Shown: positions 1 through 10,114 of the stretch, one piece after another
Layout of the letters: every line of letters begins with the position of its first letter
Numbering within the stretch: the stretch's first letter is position 1
Made by a program: the position numbers and the translations under genes
Notes under the pieces: generated by a model
Database searches by the model: none
The model's input: the letters and a program-made list of their open reading frames with translations, nothing else
What the model was told of the DNA's origin: nothing
From: Octopus bimaculoides
Taxonomy: Eukaryota
NCBI RefSeq assembly: GCF_001194135.2
Contig: NC_068982.1
Location: 5,748,599 to 5,781,201, forward strand
Direction: 5' to 3'
DNA: 32,603 nt

Positions 1-476
1 TATGATTATTATTATTATGATTATTATTATTATTATTATTGAGTGAGAGAGCAGTGCATGCCATCAAAGTGACACTGGGGTACAAATATACGAAGCCCAT
101 TGTACCCATCATGACTACCCGTCTGATAAGGGTACACCAGGCACATGCATCACAACCATATGTGCGTGACATGGTGATCTCATATCAAGATAAACAGTGC
201 ATGACCTCGCAAGTGGGGCCCAGTTAGAATTTTCTTCAGGTCGAGTAGCCCATTCCGCTCAAAAGATCCCTGAATAAGGTTTGTTTAAGGATGTTAAGCA
301 AAATACTCATGTTTCCAAAGGTGAATTATCCAAACCCCAAAGAATTCCTCTCAGCACATGGCTATGATGCTCCCCCACTACTTCTGCTCATGATCAGAGA
401 TGCACATATCGTCAGCCACCAAGGGACATGCTCAACTGGTTAAGGTCAAACAACTGACAAGCAAATCTGTGGTATT
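1..476 (-). mobile_element. Non-coding retroposon-like repeat (probable LINE 3' UTR or SINE) ending in an (AAT)n tail
   Basis: 79-475 is the reverse complement of 4187-4579 at high identity. On the minus strand it ends ...ctctctcactc followed by (AAT/CAT)n at 1-39. The 5' part runs into the N gap at 477-486. Confidence 0.7.
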
Positions 477-486
477 NNNNNNNNNN

Positions 487-526
<40 letters not shown>

Positions 527-1303
527 TTTTTTTTTTTTTTTATTGGCTTCAGCAAAAGCAGCAGCGGCAGTCATAGCAGCAGTACAATAAATTGAACATG
601 TCCTGACCTTAACCTATTTTCAATAAATTCTATCCAATAAATTTTTTTTCAATCTATCGCATTTATTATAATTATTACGTACTTTTACTCTATCCTTAAT
701 TCAATCACCATGAGTCATCATTAATCCTCATGAATCACCATTAACCATCAACATTTACCGAACAAAGCGAGCGCGTGCATTACTTTGTTGATTCTAAACG
801 CATAATTATATTTAATTTGTTCTCAACAGGTTTTCATCTGTATATTTAATTATCCGTACCTTCCGGCGACTGTTTTGCGATACCGTCCTAGGTCAGTGCA
901 AAGTACCAGACATTCATTGTGTTGTATTCAAATAGCTCAAGGCGGAGAAAGGTCAGATGACAATTTAATAATTTGTTTGTATTAATATCGTCTTTATATC
1001 GTTCTCAGAAAAGAATAAAACGTTTAAATTTTCGCAGAGATTTGAACACTGAATGGGTGATACTTAATTTTCACTTACGTTCAAAATGTTTAAATGCAAT
1101 AAAAATTTCGAGTAGGTTTTTCAGTCTGAGAGCAATGGACATTACTCAAATCTCTCCTCAGGCATCTGAGCAGAACGGCTGGGATGGGGGAATGGCAGAA
1201 AAAAAAAGAAAAAAGAGAAAAAAAAAATGCACAGAAGAGGAAATTTGCTCAAATTTTCCGTTTAGTTTAACAAGCGTAAGTTACCACCTACATATCCACT
1301 GGT

Positions 1304-1526
1304 ACACACACACACATGCATGCACACACGCATACGCACACACGCGCGCGCGCGCGCACACATACACAGACATACACATGCACAAACACACACACACGAA
1401 CACACACACAAGCACATACACTCATACACACACACGCACACACATACACACACAGAAACACACACACAAACACATATACACACAAACACACACACATACA
1501 CACGCGCGCACGCACAAACACACACA
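1304..1526. repeat. Degenerate (CA)n/(CATA)n/(CG)n compound microsatellite
   Basis: Direct reading. It explains the HT/VC-repeat pseudo-ORFs in the track. Confidence 0.95.
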
Positions 1527-1534
1527 TGTAAATA

Positions 1535-1865
1535 TTCTTTTACTTTTTACTTGTTTCAGTCATTTGACTGTGGCCATGCTGGGGCAGCGCCTTGAAGAAT
1601 TTTTAGTCAAATGAATCGGCTCCAGTATTAATTCTTGTTTTTATTTTTTAAGCCTGTCGGTCTGTAAACAGACCAACACCGGTTGTCAAACGGTAGTAGG
1701 GGACAAACACAGACACACATCCACACACACACATACATACACACACATACACACGCATATATGTACGACGGGTTTCTTTCAGTTTCCGTCTTCCAAATCC
1801 GCGCACAAGGCTTTTGTTGGCCCGAGGCTATAATAGAAGTCACATGCCTAAGGTGCCACGCAGTG
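1535..1865 (-). mobile_element. SINE family S1 (tRNA-derived, internal microsatellite), 5'-truncated and diverged copy
   Basis: Collinear with the full-length copy at 25407-25853: tail aaatgactgaaacaagtaaaa, internal CA-rich tract, and the cactgcgtggcacc...gaaagaaacccgtcg block. Confidence 0.85.
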
Positions 1866-2875
1866 CCTTCATTTAGCAACAGTTCCACCACCACCACCAC
1901 CACCACCACCACCACCACCAANNNNNNNNNNNNNNNNNNNNNNNNNNNNNNNNNNNNNNNNNNNNNNNNNNNNNNNNNNNNNNNNNNNNNNNNNNNNNNN
2001 NNNNNNNNNNNNNNNNNNNNNNNNNNNNNNNNNNNNNNNNNNNNNNNNNNNNNNNNNNNNNNNNNNNNNNNNNNNNNNNNNNNNNNNNNNNNNNNNNNNN
2101 NNNNNNNNNNNNNNNNNNNNNNNNNNNNNNNNNNNNNNNNNNNNNNNNNNNNNNNNNNNNNNNNNNNNNNNNNNNNNNNNNNNNNNNNNNNNNNNNNNNN
2201 NNNNNNNNNNNNNTCTTTTCTACTTCTTTTCTTTTCTACTTCTTTTCTTTGGTCAAATCATTTTGTTCTATTATAGTTGCCGGAAATATCTCTTGGGAAT
2301 GGTCTTAGAGAAAATATTGGCCGTTAATCCAAGAGAAAATTCAGACGTCTTCCTCCGCTAAACGTAAATAAGTCTAGGCCCCAAATACCAGTTTTATAAG
2401 CCAACGTAGCTTGTGAAGAAATTATGAACTCCCACTCGAAAAAAATATTAAAAGCAAAAAAAAAAAAAAAAGCAAAGACAAGAAAAACATCTTAAGACTA
2501 ATATGGAATCTTGTACTTGAATGCACAATTAGACAAACAGACAGACGTGAACAAGTACAGACTCAATCTTTTTTTAGGAATCGAGATAATATCACTTTAA
2601 CACAAATACTCACTCACATTTCATTCATTATTTTTTTTCAATTTCTTTCTTTCCTTTTCACTTTCTATCTGTGTATTTCTCACGAACACAGGCACACACA
2701 AACACAAACGCACACACCTCTCGCAAGCAAAAATATCTACGTAATATATTGTTCTTAGCACTTCAAAGGGGAAAAGCCAAATTACTTAACGAAACACTTA
2801 TTGACTACGATTGCTTTCAGGTCAGCAGTCACTTGAGATGTGACGTAAAGCATTTTGTTCACTAAAGTGTTTTAA

Positions 2876-2876
2876 T

Positions 2877-2927
<51 letters not shown>

Positions 2928-2942
2928 AATAATAATAATATT
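2876..2942. repeat. (AAC)n(AAT)n microsatellite
   Basis: Direct reading. It forms the 5' flank of the RLE-LINE fragment that follows. Confidence 0.95.
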
Positions 2943-3478
<536 letters not shown>

Positions 3479-3702
3479 CAACTACCAACGTGGCTGAAAA
3501 GAATTCAGCTACCAACATGGCTGAAAAAGATTGGTGCAAGTGCGAAGGTAGAACACCTACAAAAACCAGCATTGCTTGGAACTGGAAGAATTCTTCGCAG
3601 GGTTCTTGAAGCATGACCAGTAAACAAGTGTTACCTTAGTTACCTTAGCTGTGGACAGCTGACACTTACCATCATATTCAGCAAAATAAGCTGTGAGTTT
3701 TC

Positions 3703-3706
<4 letters not shown>
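3479..3706 (+). mobile_element. 5'-truncated R4/Dong-type LINE 3' end, family T2
   Basis: Reads LPTWLKKIGASAKVEHLQKPALLGTGRILRRVLEA* (TGA 3614-3616), then about 90 nt of 3' UTR, then (TAA)n at about 3707-3758. There is a 27-nt imperfect direct duplication at the 5' end (3479-3505 / 3506-3532). Confidence 0.82.
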
Positions 3707-3759
<53 letters not shown>

Positions 3760-3761
3760 AA

Positions 3762-4052
3762 TCCCTTAAAATTTGAAATAGGAAGAATTTGGAGAATGCG
3801 AACAGTAAAGGTGGTACCTATAATAATTGGTGCGTTGGGAGCAGTAAGGCAAGATAATAGACAAATAGCTGAAGGAGATTGACATAAAATACCCGGTGGA
3901 GCTCCTATAGAAAGTTTGTCTCTGAGGGACAGCAGGGATTATAAGGAGGGTCCTAAGTGCTTGAAAGACTACTGAAAATTTGTGGATACTTAGGGTTACA
4001 GGCACATAACCACATAATCCCTACCAAAAATAAGACCGAACCTGAGACAAAT
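3762..4052 (+). mobile_element. 5'-truncated R4/Dong-type LINE 3' end, family T3 (decayed)
   Basis: Reads LKFEIGRIWRMRTVKVVPIIIGALGAV / (frameshift) IDK*LKEIDIKYPVELL*KVCL*GTAGIIRRVLSA* (TGA 3962-3964), then a 3' UTR and a short (AAT)n at about 4055-4066. Confidence 0.85.
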
Positions 4053-4066
4053 CAAAATAATAATAA

Positions 4067-4579
4067 TATGCAGTACCAGGCACTGGCTATCATGGCTTCT
4101 GATCTCACTCAACTGATTAGAAGTGTCATCATGTATGTCTTGTCTTGATATAAAAGGGGACTTCAGCAGATTTTCTGCCCAGTGCTACAGATTTGCTTGT
4201 CACTTGTTTGACCTTAACCAGTTCAGCATATCCTTTGATGGCTGACGAAATGTGCATCTCTGATCACGGGTAGAAGTAGTGATGGAGTATCATAGCCATG
4301 TGTCGAGAGGAATTCTTTGGGGTTTGAATAATTCACCTCTGGAAAACATGTGTGTTTCGTTCAACATCCTTAAACAAACTATATTCAGGGACCTTTTGAG
4401 CGGGATGGGCTACTTAACTTGAAGAAAATTCTAACAGGGCGCCACCTGCAAGGTCATGTGCTGTTTATCTTGATATGAAATCACCATGTTGCGCACACAT
4501 GGTTGCGATGCATGTGCCTGTTGTACCCTTATCAGACGGGTAGTCATGATGGATATACTGGGCTTTATGTATTTGTACC
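4067..4579 (+). mobile_element. Second copy of the 1-476 repeat family, 3'-truncated
   Basis: 4187-4579 aligns to the reverse complement of 79-475. It starts right after a short (AAT)n and ends in a 22-bp tandem duplication tttgtaccaaattataaacaaa. Confidence 0.75.
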
Positions 4580-4981
4580 AAATTATAAACAAATTTGTAC
4601 CAAATTATAAACAAAGTCTGAATAACTAGTTTCTCTGCCCGAATCTCCCATATCGTTAGCATCTTAATTTATTGCATTTTAAGAAGGTCATTAGACCAAA
4701 ATAGAAATGTTAAGCGCAGTGAAGTAGCGAGATATCACATCTATGATCTTAATAATCTGATTAAATCAGATGAAAATAGGTATATAATATTTAGCTTGAT
4801 TGATGTGCACCGTAGAATGGAAGTAAACAGTGGTGAGATTTTTCTACTTTATTTCTGCCATTTGTTGAGAAGTTTCGGAGAATTGTAAACCATGAAAAAT
4901 TCCCGTTAGTTGTTAAAATGCTTTGAGAATGTTTTGGTTTAGTCATAGAGCATGATGCCACCATAACACCATATCTTTAGA

Positions 4982-5151
4982 GTCATGCATGGACAATCCC
5001 ATGACAGAAGATACTGTCATGCATGGACAAACCCATGGCAGAAGATACTGTCATGCATGGACAAACCCATGGTAGAAGATACTGTCATGCATGGACAAAC
5101 CCATGACAGAAGATACTGTCATGCATGGACAAACCCATGACAAAAGATACT
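4982..5151. repeat. 34-bp minisatellite, 5 copies (gtcatgcatggacaaacccatgacagaagatact)
   Basis: Units start at 4982, 5016, 5050, 5084 and 5118, with 0-2 substitutions each and no spacers. Confidence 0.97.
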
Positions 5152-5230
5152 TTGTCCATAGTCTAGAGAAATACTTATTTTATCAAATAACTGTTTATTG
5201 TGAACTTTAAAAAAATATATCCATTGTGGT

Positions 5231-5346
5231 TATTTACATTATTTACATTTGATGGATATTTATCCTCATCTTGTTTGTTGTTAATACAATTTCGAAGCTG
5301 GGTTCTCATTCCTAAGGTATATTTCCGATGTTGTTGTTATTATTAT
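5231..5346 (-). mobile_element. 3' body of the tRNA-Arg-like SINE family (see 6262-6559), lacking the hammerhead segment
   Basis: The reverse complement reads aacaacatcggaaatataccttaggaatgagaacccagcttcgaaa|ttgtattaacaacaaacaagatgaggataaatatccatcaaatgtaaataatgtaaata. It aligns to 6382-6532 with a deletion of about 48 bp. Confidence 0.85.
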
Positions 5347-5352
5347 TATTTT

Positions 5353-5630
5353 ATGTTTGACTTTTGTTTTGCATTTGTACAAGTTGGATCCAAGTCTCAC
5401 CCAGAGACCTCAAGAGACAACAAGTTAGAAGTTCATGTAGGTGTTATGCCTAGGGTACCATATATTTGGATTTGTTAGATTTATCTGTAGGGAAATATAT
5501 GGCATGGTAAAAGGCTGTAAGAACTTCTTTATTATCTTCCCTAGACCATTTTTCATTCTTTTTCTTTTGGTTATTTGATGACGAGCATGGATGGCCATCT
5601 GTTGGAATATTCCTGTTGTGGGGTACTTCC
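5353..5630 (-). mobile_element. Internally deleted RLE-type LINE: ORF N-terminal-like fragment joined to a 3' UTR-like segment with an (AAT)n tail
   Basis: The minus strand reads ...SSSNNQKKKNEKWSREDNKEVLTAFYHAIYFPTD, resembling the KW(T/S)RE.N.E...YY motif near the N-terminus of R4/Dong ORFs as I recall it. About 120 nt of non-coding sequence follow, ending caaacataaaataataataataac. The 5' end is lost in the gap at 5631-6187. Confidence 0.5.
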
Positions 5631-6187
5631 NNNNNNNNNNNNNNNNNNNNNNNNNNNNNNNNNNNNNNNNNNNNNNNNNNNNNNNNNNNNNNNNNNNNNN
5701 NNNNNNNNNNNNNNNNNNNNNNNNNNNNNNNNNNNNNNNNNNNNNNNNNNNNNNNNNNNNNNNNNNNNNNNNNNNNNNNNNNNNNNNNNNNNNNNNNNNN
5801 NNNNNNNNNNNNNNNNNNNNNNNNNNNNNNNNNNNNNNNNNNNNNNNNNNNNNNNNNNNNNNNNNNNNNNNNNNNNNNNNNNNNNNNNNNNNNNNNNNNN
5901 NNNNNNNNNNNNNNNNNNNNNNNNNNNNNNNNNNNNNNNNNNNNNNNNNNNNNNNNNNNNNNNNNNNNNNNNNNNNNNNNNNNNNNNNNNNNNNNNNNNN
6001 NNNNNNNNNNNNNNNNNNNNNNNNNNNNNNNNNNNNNNNNNNNNNNNNNNNNNNNNNNNNNNNNNNNNNNNNNNNNNNNNNNNNNNNNNNNNNNNNNNNN
6101 NNNNNNNNNNNNNNNNNNNNNNNNNNNNNNNNNNNNNNNNNNNNNNNNNNNNNNNNNNNNNNNNNNNNNNNNNNNNNNNNNNNNNNN

Positions 6188-6255
<68 letters not shown>

Positions 6256-6261
6256 GCCCGT

Positions 6262-6332
6262 GGGCATATGGCGTAATGGTTAAGAGCGCGGGCTACTAAC
6301 CACAAGATTCCGAGTTCGATTCCAAGCAGTGA

Positions 6333-6377
<45 letters not shown>

Positions 6378-6559
6378 CAACAACAACATCGAAGAATACC
6401 TTAGGAATGAGAACCCAGGTTCGAAATTTCCCCAAGACACCTGATGAAGGCTGGAGGGTATATCAGCCGAAACATTGTGTTAGCAACAAACAAAATGAGG
6501 ACAAATATCTGTCAAATGTAAATAATGTACATAATTCCTCATCTCTTAAATATAGAACT
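6262..6559 (+). mobile_element. tRNA-Arg(ACG)-like SINE with an internal (AAT)n(AAC)n tract and a Penelope-type hammerhead in the 3' body
   Basis: Pol III box A tggcgtaatgg at 6269-6279 and box B gagttcgattcc at 6312-6323. The head resembles metazoan tRNA-Arg(ACG) (GGGC..TGGCG.AATGG.TAA..GCG...CTAC...AAGATTCC..GTTCGA.TCC). Microsatellite at 6337-6388. The body is shared with 5231-5346. Confidence 0.85.
6436..6481 (+). ncRNA. Minimal type I hammerhead ribozyme motif (Penelope-like); one stem III mismatch
   Basis: GACAC (stem I) CTGATGA A GGCTG-gagggtatat-CAGCC (stem II) GAAA CAT T GTGTT (stem I'). An ancestral ACGT stem III palindrome reads ACAT here, consistent with CpG decay. The predicted cleavage site is after 6476. 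Confidence 0.72.
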
Positions 6560-6597
6560 GTATTATCTTTGATGATCGTTCTTTTTTATTCAAATAT

Positions 6598-7003
6598 TCT
6601 TTTCTACTCTAGGTACAAGGCCCGAAATTTTGAGAGAGAGGGCCAGCCAATTAGATCGACCCAGTGTGCAACTGGCACTTAATTTATCGTCCCCCAAAAA
6701 GATGAAAGGCAAAGTTGACCTTGGTAGAATTTGAACTCAGAACATAAAGACAGACGAAACACCGCTAAGCATTTCACCCAGCGTGCTAACGTTTCTTATT
6801 TCTTTATTGCCCACAAGGGGCTAAACATAGAGGGGACAAACAAGGACAGGCAAAGGGATTAAGTCACTTACATCGATCCCAGTGCGTAACTGGTACTTAA
6901 TTCATCGACCCCGAAAGGATGGAAGGCAAAGAGAACGTAACGGCAGACGAAATACCGCTAAGCATTTCGCCCGGCGTGCTAACGTTTCTGCCAGCTCTCC
7001 GCC
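6598..7003 (-). mobile_element. SINE family S2 (Nin/Deu-like central domain) head-to-tail dimer with a 12-bp TSD
   Basis: Two tandem monomers joined at ctaacgtt|tcttatttcttta. Each carries the gcctttcatcctttcggggtcgataaattaagtaccagt-type block. The TSD ttattcaaatat lies at 6586-6597 and 7009-7020. Confidence 0.88.
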
Positions 7004-7221
7004 TTTGATTATTCAAATATCGAATCAAGAAATAACTATTAAGTTTCTCTAACCAACTATTTCTTGGACTAAGTTTGAAGAATCTTTATTTCCGTTACCT
7101 TTTTTTCAGTTGACAGTTCGTCGTGTTTTACGAAGAATCGCTGATCAAACGATGCGACACGAATTTATACTGGGAAAGAAAAGAACAGTTTTAATGTTTG
7201 TTTGTTTGTGTGTGTATGTGT

Positions 7222-7267
<46 letters not shown>

Positions 7268-7911
7268 ACGTGTAGAAAGAGGGGTATCTTATTGAAGTAA
7301 CTCTCAACTGTGTCAATCTTACCTTAAAGAGACAGGAACTGGAGCAGGGAAATATAAAAAAAGTAAAATGAATCGGATACTTCAATGAATTAAAAATGAA
7401 AAAGGATCAAAGAAACGTTTTTTATTTCTTATGAACCTAGCAAAAAGTCACTTTGTAATTGAAAACCCTTGGAAATGCTATACTTTTTATCTTTGAAAGA
7501 CAGGAGTTTAGACTGGGAGATGTAATTCTTGATGTATTTTTAAACTTTTATTTCATTTCTTTTTTCAATTAAAAGCAAACAGCCAATCTCTTTCATTATT
7601 ACTGGGAAATTATACTGCATAATTTTTTTTTTCTATATCAAAAGCATAATTCGATAAACATTTCTTATTTTTGTTGTTGTTTAGTTCTGGTTTTGTAGTC
7701 TTCCTCTGCAAAATACGAGAACTGAGTCGCAATCCGCTGAGTCAATACGGAAATATCCTGCTGTCGACATTACAGGAAACGAGGCACTTGATAATGAATC
7801 TCATTCAAAACTATAGACAGCTGCAAATTGACAAAAAAGAACGCATACAGGTTACACACACACTCACACACACACACACACACACGCACGCACTCATTAC
7901 AAAAGGATTGT

Positions 7912-8125
7912 AGCCCATTCCCGAGTCATAGAGATCTATAGGGTCGGTTTCCCAGGGACGCCGGTCCATTTGCAAGACTACTCATTCTTATCAGCTGAGT
8001 GGAGTGGAACAATGTGAAACGAAGTGTTTTGCTCAAGGACACAACACGTCGCCCGATCCAGGAATCGAAACCATATTCTTAGGATCCTAAGTCCAACACC
8101 CAAACCACTAAGCCGCGCTCCTCCA
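7912..8125 (-). mobile_element. tRNA-derived SINE family S3
   Basis: The reverse complement has box A ggcttagtgg, box B ggtttcgattcc and a gttgtgtccttgagcaaaacactt central block. It aligns to 16118-16270. Confidence 0.8.
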
Positions 8126-8467
8126 TTCACGCTCATTATGGATTTCCCTGTCTTTCGACGACGAAGTGTTCCATCAACTGAACTCTCTGTTCAATGAATT
8201 AGCGTGTAAGTGGTTGAGTGTTCCTCAGACGTGTGGACACTTAACATAATTCTTAGAAAGAATTACTATAACAATCTGACTTGCGTGTACCATTTAATTA
8301 CTGGTATAAACTATCTAACAGGTTTCCACAGTTTTATTTACTCAATTTATTTGCATACATGCATGCATACACTCATATATATACATATATGTATATATTT
8401 GTACACCTCTGGTACATTGAGCTTCGCATAGAATTCTACAAGCTTTTCATCGGAATCTTATTTAGCT

Positions 8468-8551
8468 ACGTACATACATACATACATACATACATACACA
8501 CACACATACATACACACATACATACATGCATACATACATGCATGCATGCAT

Positions 8552-8584
<33 letters not shown>

Positions 8585-8610
8585 TACATACATGCATACA
8601 TACACACACA

Positions 8611-8644
<34 letters not shown>

Positions 8645-8688
8645 CATACATACACACACACATACATAGTGTATACATACATACATAC
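8468..8688. repeat. (CATA)n/(CA)n/(CATG)n compound microsatellite
   Basis: Direct reading. Confidence 0.95.
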
Positions 8689-8767
8689 CATTTGTTAAGG
8701 TCGAAAAGAATTTTCACAAGCTGTTACTCGATGAGCTTCGCATGATTGTTCGTCACACATTTGCGAT

Positions 8768-8770
<3 letters not shown>

Positions 8771-8830
<60 letters not shown>
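8771..8830. repeat. (CA)n microsatellite
   Basis: Direct reading. Confidence 0.97.
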
Positions 8831-8833
<3 letters not shown>

Positions 8834-9118
8834 AGTAACGTCTGCAATATCTGAGGATTAACTTTCTTGACTAAACTATAATTAATATTTTATCAATGAG
8901 TAATTAAAAAAAACTAAAAAATACGTAAGAACCGAGATATCATCTTAAAAACTTGAACGAAATAGGACAGTGGAACATTCCATGTAACCAGGGAGTTCCC
9001 TCATCAACTGCTATTTGGATTTCCCCATCTTCAAAACAAATATACTCTAATGCTGTTGGGGAATTTATAAACATAACTGGATTAAAATACGCAAAAACAC
9101 GTATGAATATTTATATAT

Positions 9119-9309
9119 AGGCGCAGGGGAAGCTGTGTGGTAAGAATATTACTTCCCAACCACATGGTTCCGGGTTCAGTCCCACTGCGTGGTACTTTGG
9201 GTAAGTGTCTTCTACTATAGCCTCGGGCCGACCAAAGCTTTGTGAGTGGATGTGACAGATGGAAACTGGAAGAAGCCCGTCATACACACACACACACACA
9301 CACACACCC
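9119..9309 (+). mobile_element. SINE S1 5' half ending in (CA)n
   Basis: taggcgcagggga...gctgtgtggtaag (box A region), gggttcagtccc (box B) and the body to gaagcccgtc, then (CA)n. It aligns to 25407-25575. Confidence 0.88.
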
Positions 9310-9317
9310 ACACATAT

Positions 9318-9501
9318 ATTCCTTTATTTGTTTCAGTCATTTGACTGCGGCCATGCTGGAGCACCGCCTTTAGTCGAGCAAATCGACCCGTGGACTTATT
9401 CTATGTAAGCCTAGTACTTATTCTATAGGCCTTTTTTGCCGAACCGCTAAGTTACGGGGACGTAAGCACACCAGCATCGGTTGTCAAGCGATGTTGGGGG
9501 A

Positions 9502-9547
<46 letters not shown>

Positions 9548-9583
9548 TACATGCATGCATGCATGCATGCATGCATTCATACA

Positions 9584-9617
<34 letters not shown>

Positions 9618-9762
9618 CATACGACGGGCTTCTTTCAGTTTCCGTCTACCAAATCCACTCACAAGGCTTTGGTCGGCCCGAGGCTATAGTAGAAGACACT
9701 TGTGCAAGGTACCATGCAGTGGGACTGAACTTGGAATCATGTGATTGGTAAGCAAGCTACTT
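9318..9762 (-). mobile_element. SINE S1, near full length
   Basis: Collinear with 25430-25850. The internal (CA)n(CATA)n(CATG)n tract lies at about 9505-9620. Confidence 0.9.
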
Positions 9763-9909
9763 GTGTGTAGGGAAATCAAAAATAAAAGAAATAAAAAGCA
9801 AAAACGGTGGGAAAAAAAGAAACAAAATCCCCCCAAAAATGGAACTGAATGTATTGGGTTGACAGCGTGCTAACGTTTCTGCCAGCCGCCGCCTTAGTAG
9901 CTGTAAATA

Positions 9910-10114
9910 TTCTTTTCTACAAGGCCCGAAATTTTGGGTGAGGGGGACAGTCGATTAGATCGACCCCATTATGCAACTGGTACTTAAGTTATCGACACCG
10001 AAAGGATGAAAGGCAAAGTCGATCTCGACGGAATTTGAACTCAGAACGTAAAGACAGACGAAATACCGTTAAGCATTTCGTCCGGCGTGCTAACGATTCT
10101 GCCAGCTCGACGCC
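9910..10114 (-). mobile_element. SINE S2 monomer with a 16-bp TSD, adjacent to an S2 head fragment (9863-9893)
   Basis: Head ggcgtcgagctggcagaatcgttagcacgccgg, box B-like gagttcaaattcc. The TSD ttagtagc(t/a)gtaaata lies at 9894-9909 and 10115-10130. Confidence 0.88.

Noticed and set aside
973-1614. 213-aa ORF and the many HT/VC/MYVC/YI-repeat ORFs throughout the track
   Set aside because: They are translations of (CA)n, (CATA)n, (TA)n or triplet microsatellites, or run through N gaps. They show no domain signal.
4982-5151. CRISPR-like array (34-bp partly palindromic repeats)
   Set aside because: The units are directly adjacent with no unique spacers, there are no cas genes, and the context is eukaryotic.
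6262-6336. Functional tRNA gene
   Set aside because: The acceptor and anticodon stems do not pair properly, and it continues into a microsatellite and a repeated body, so it is a SINE head.
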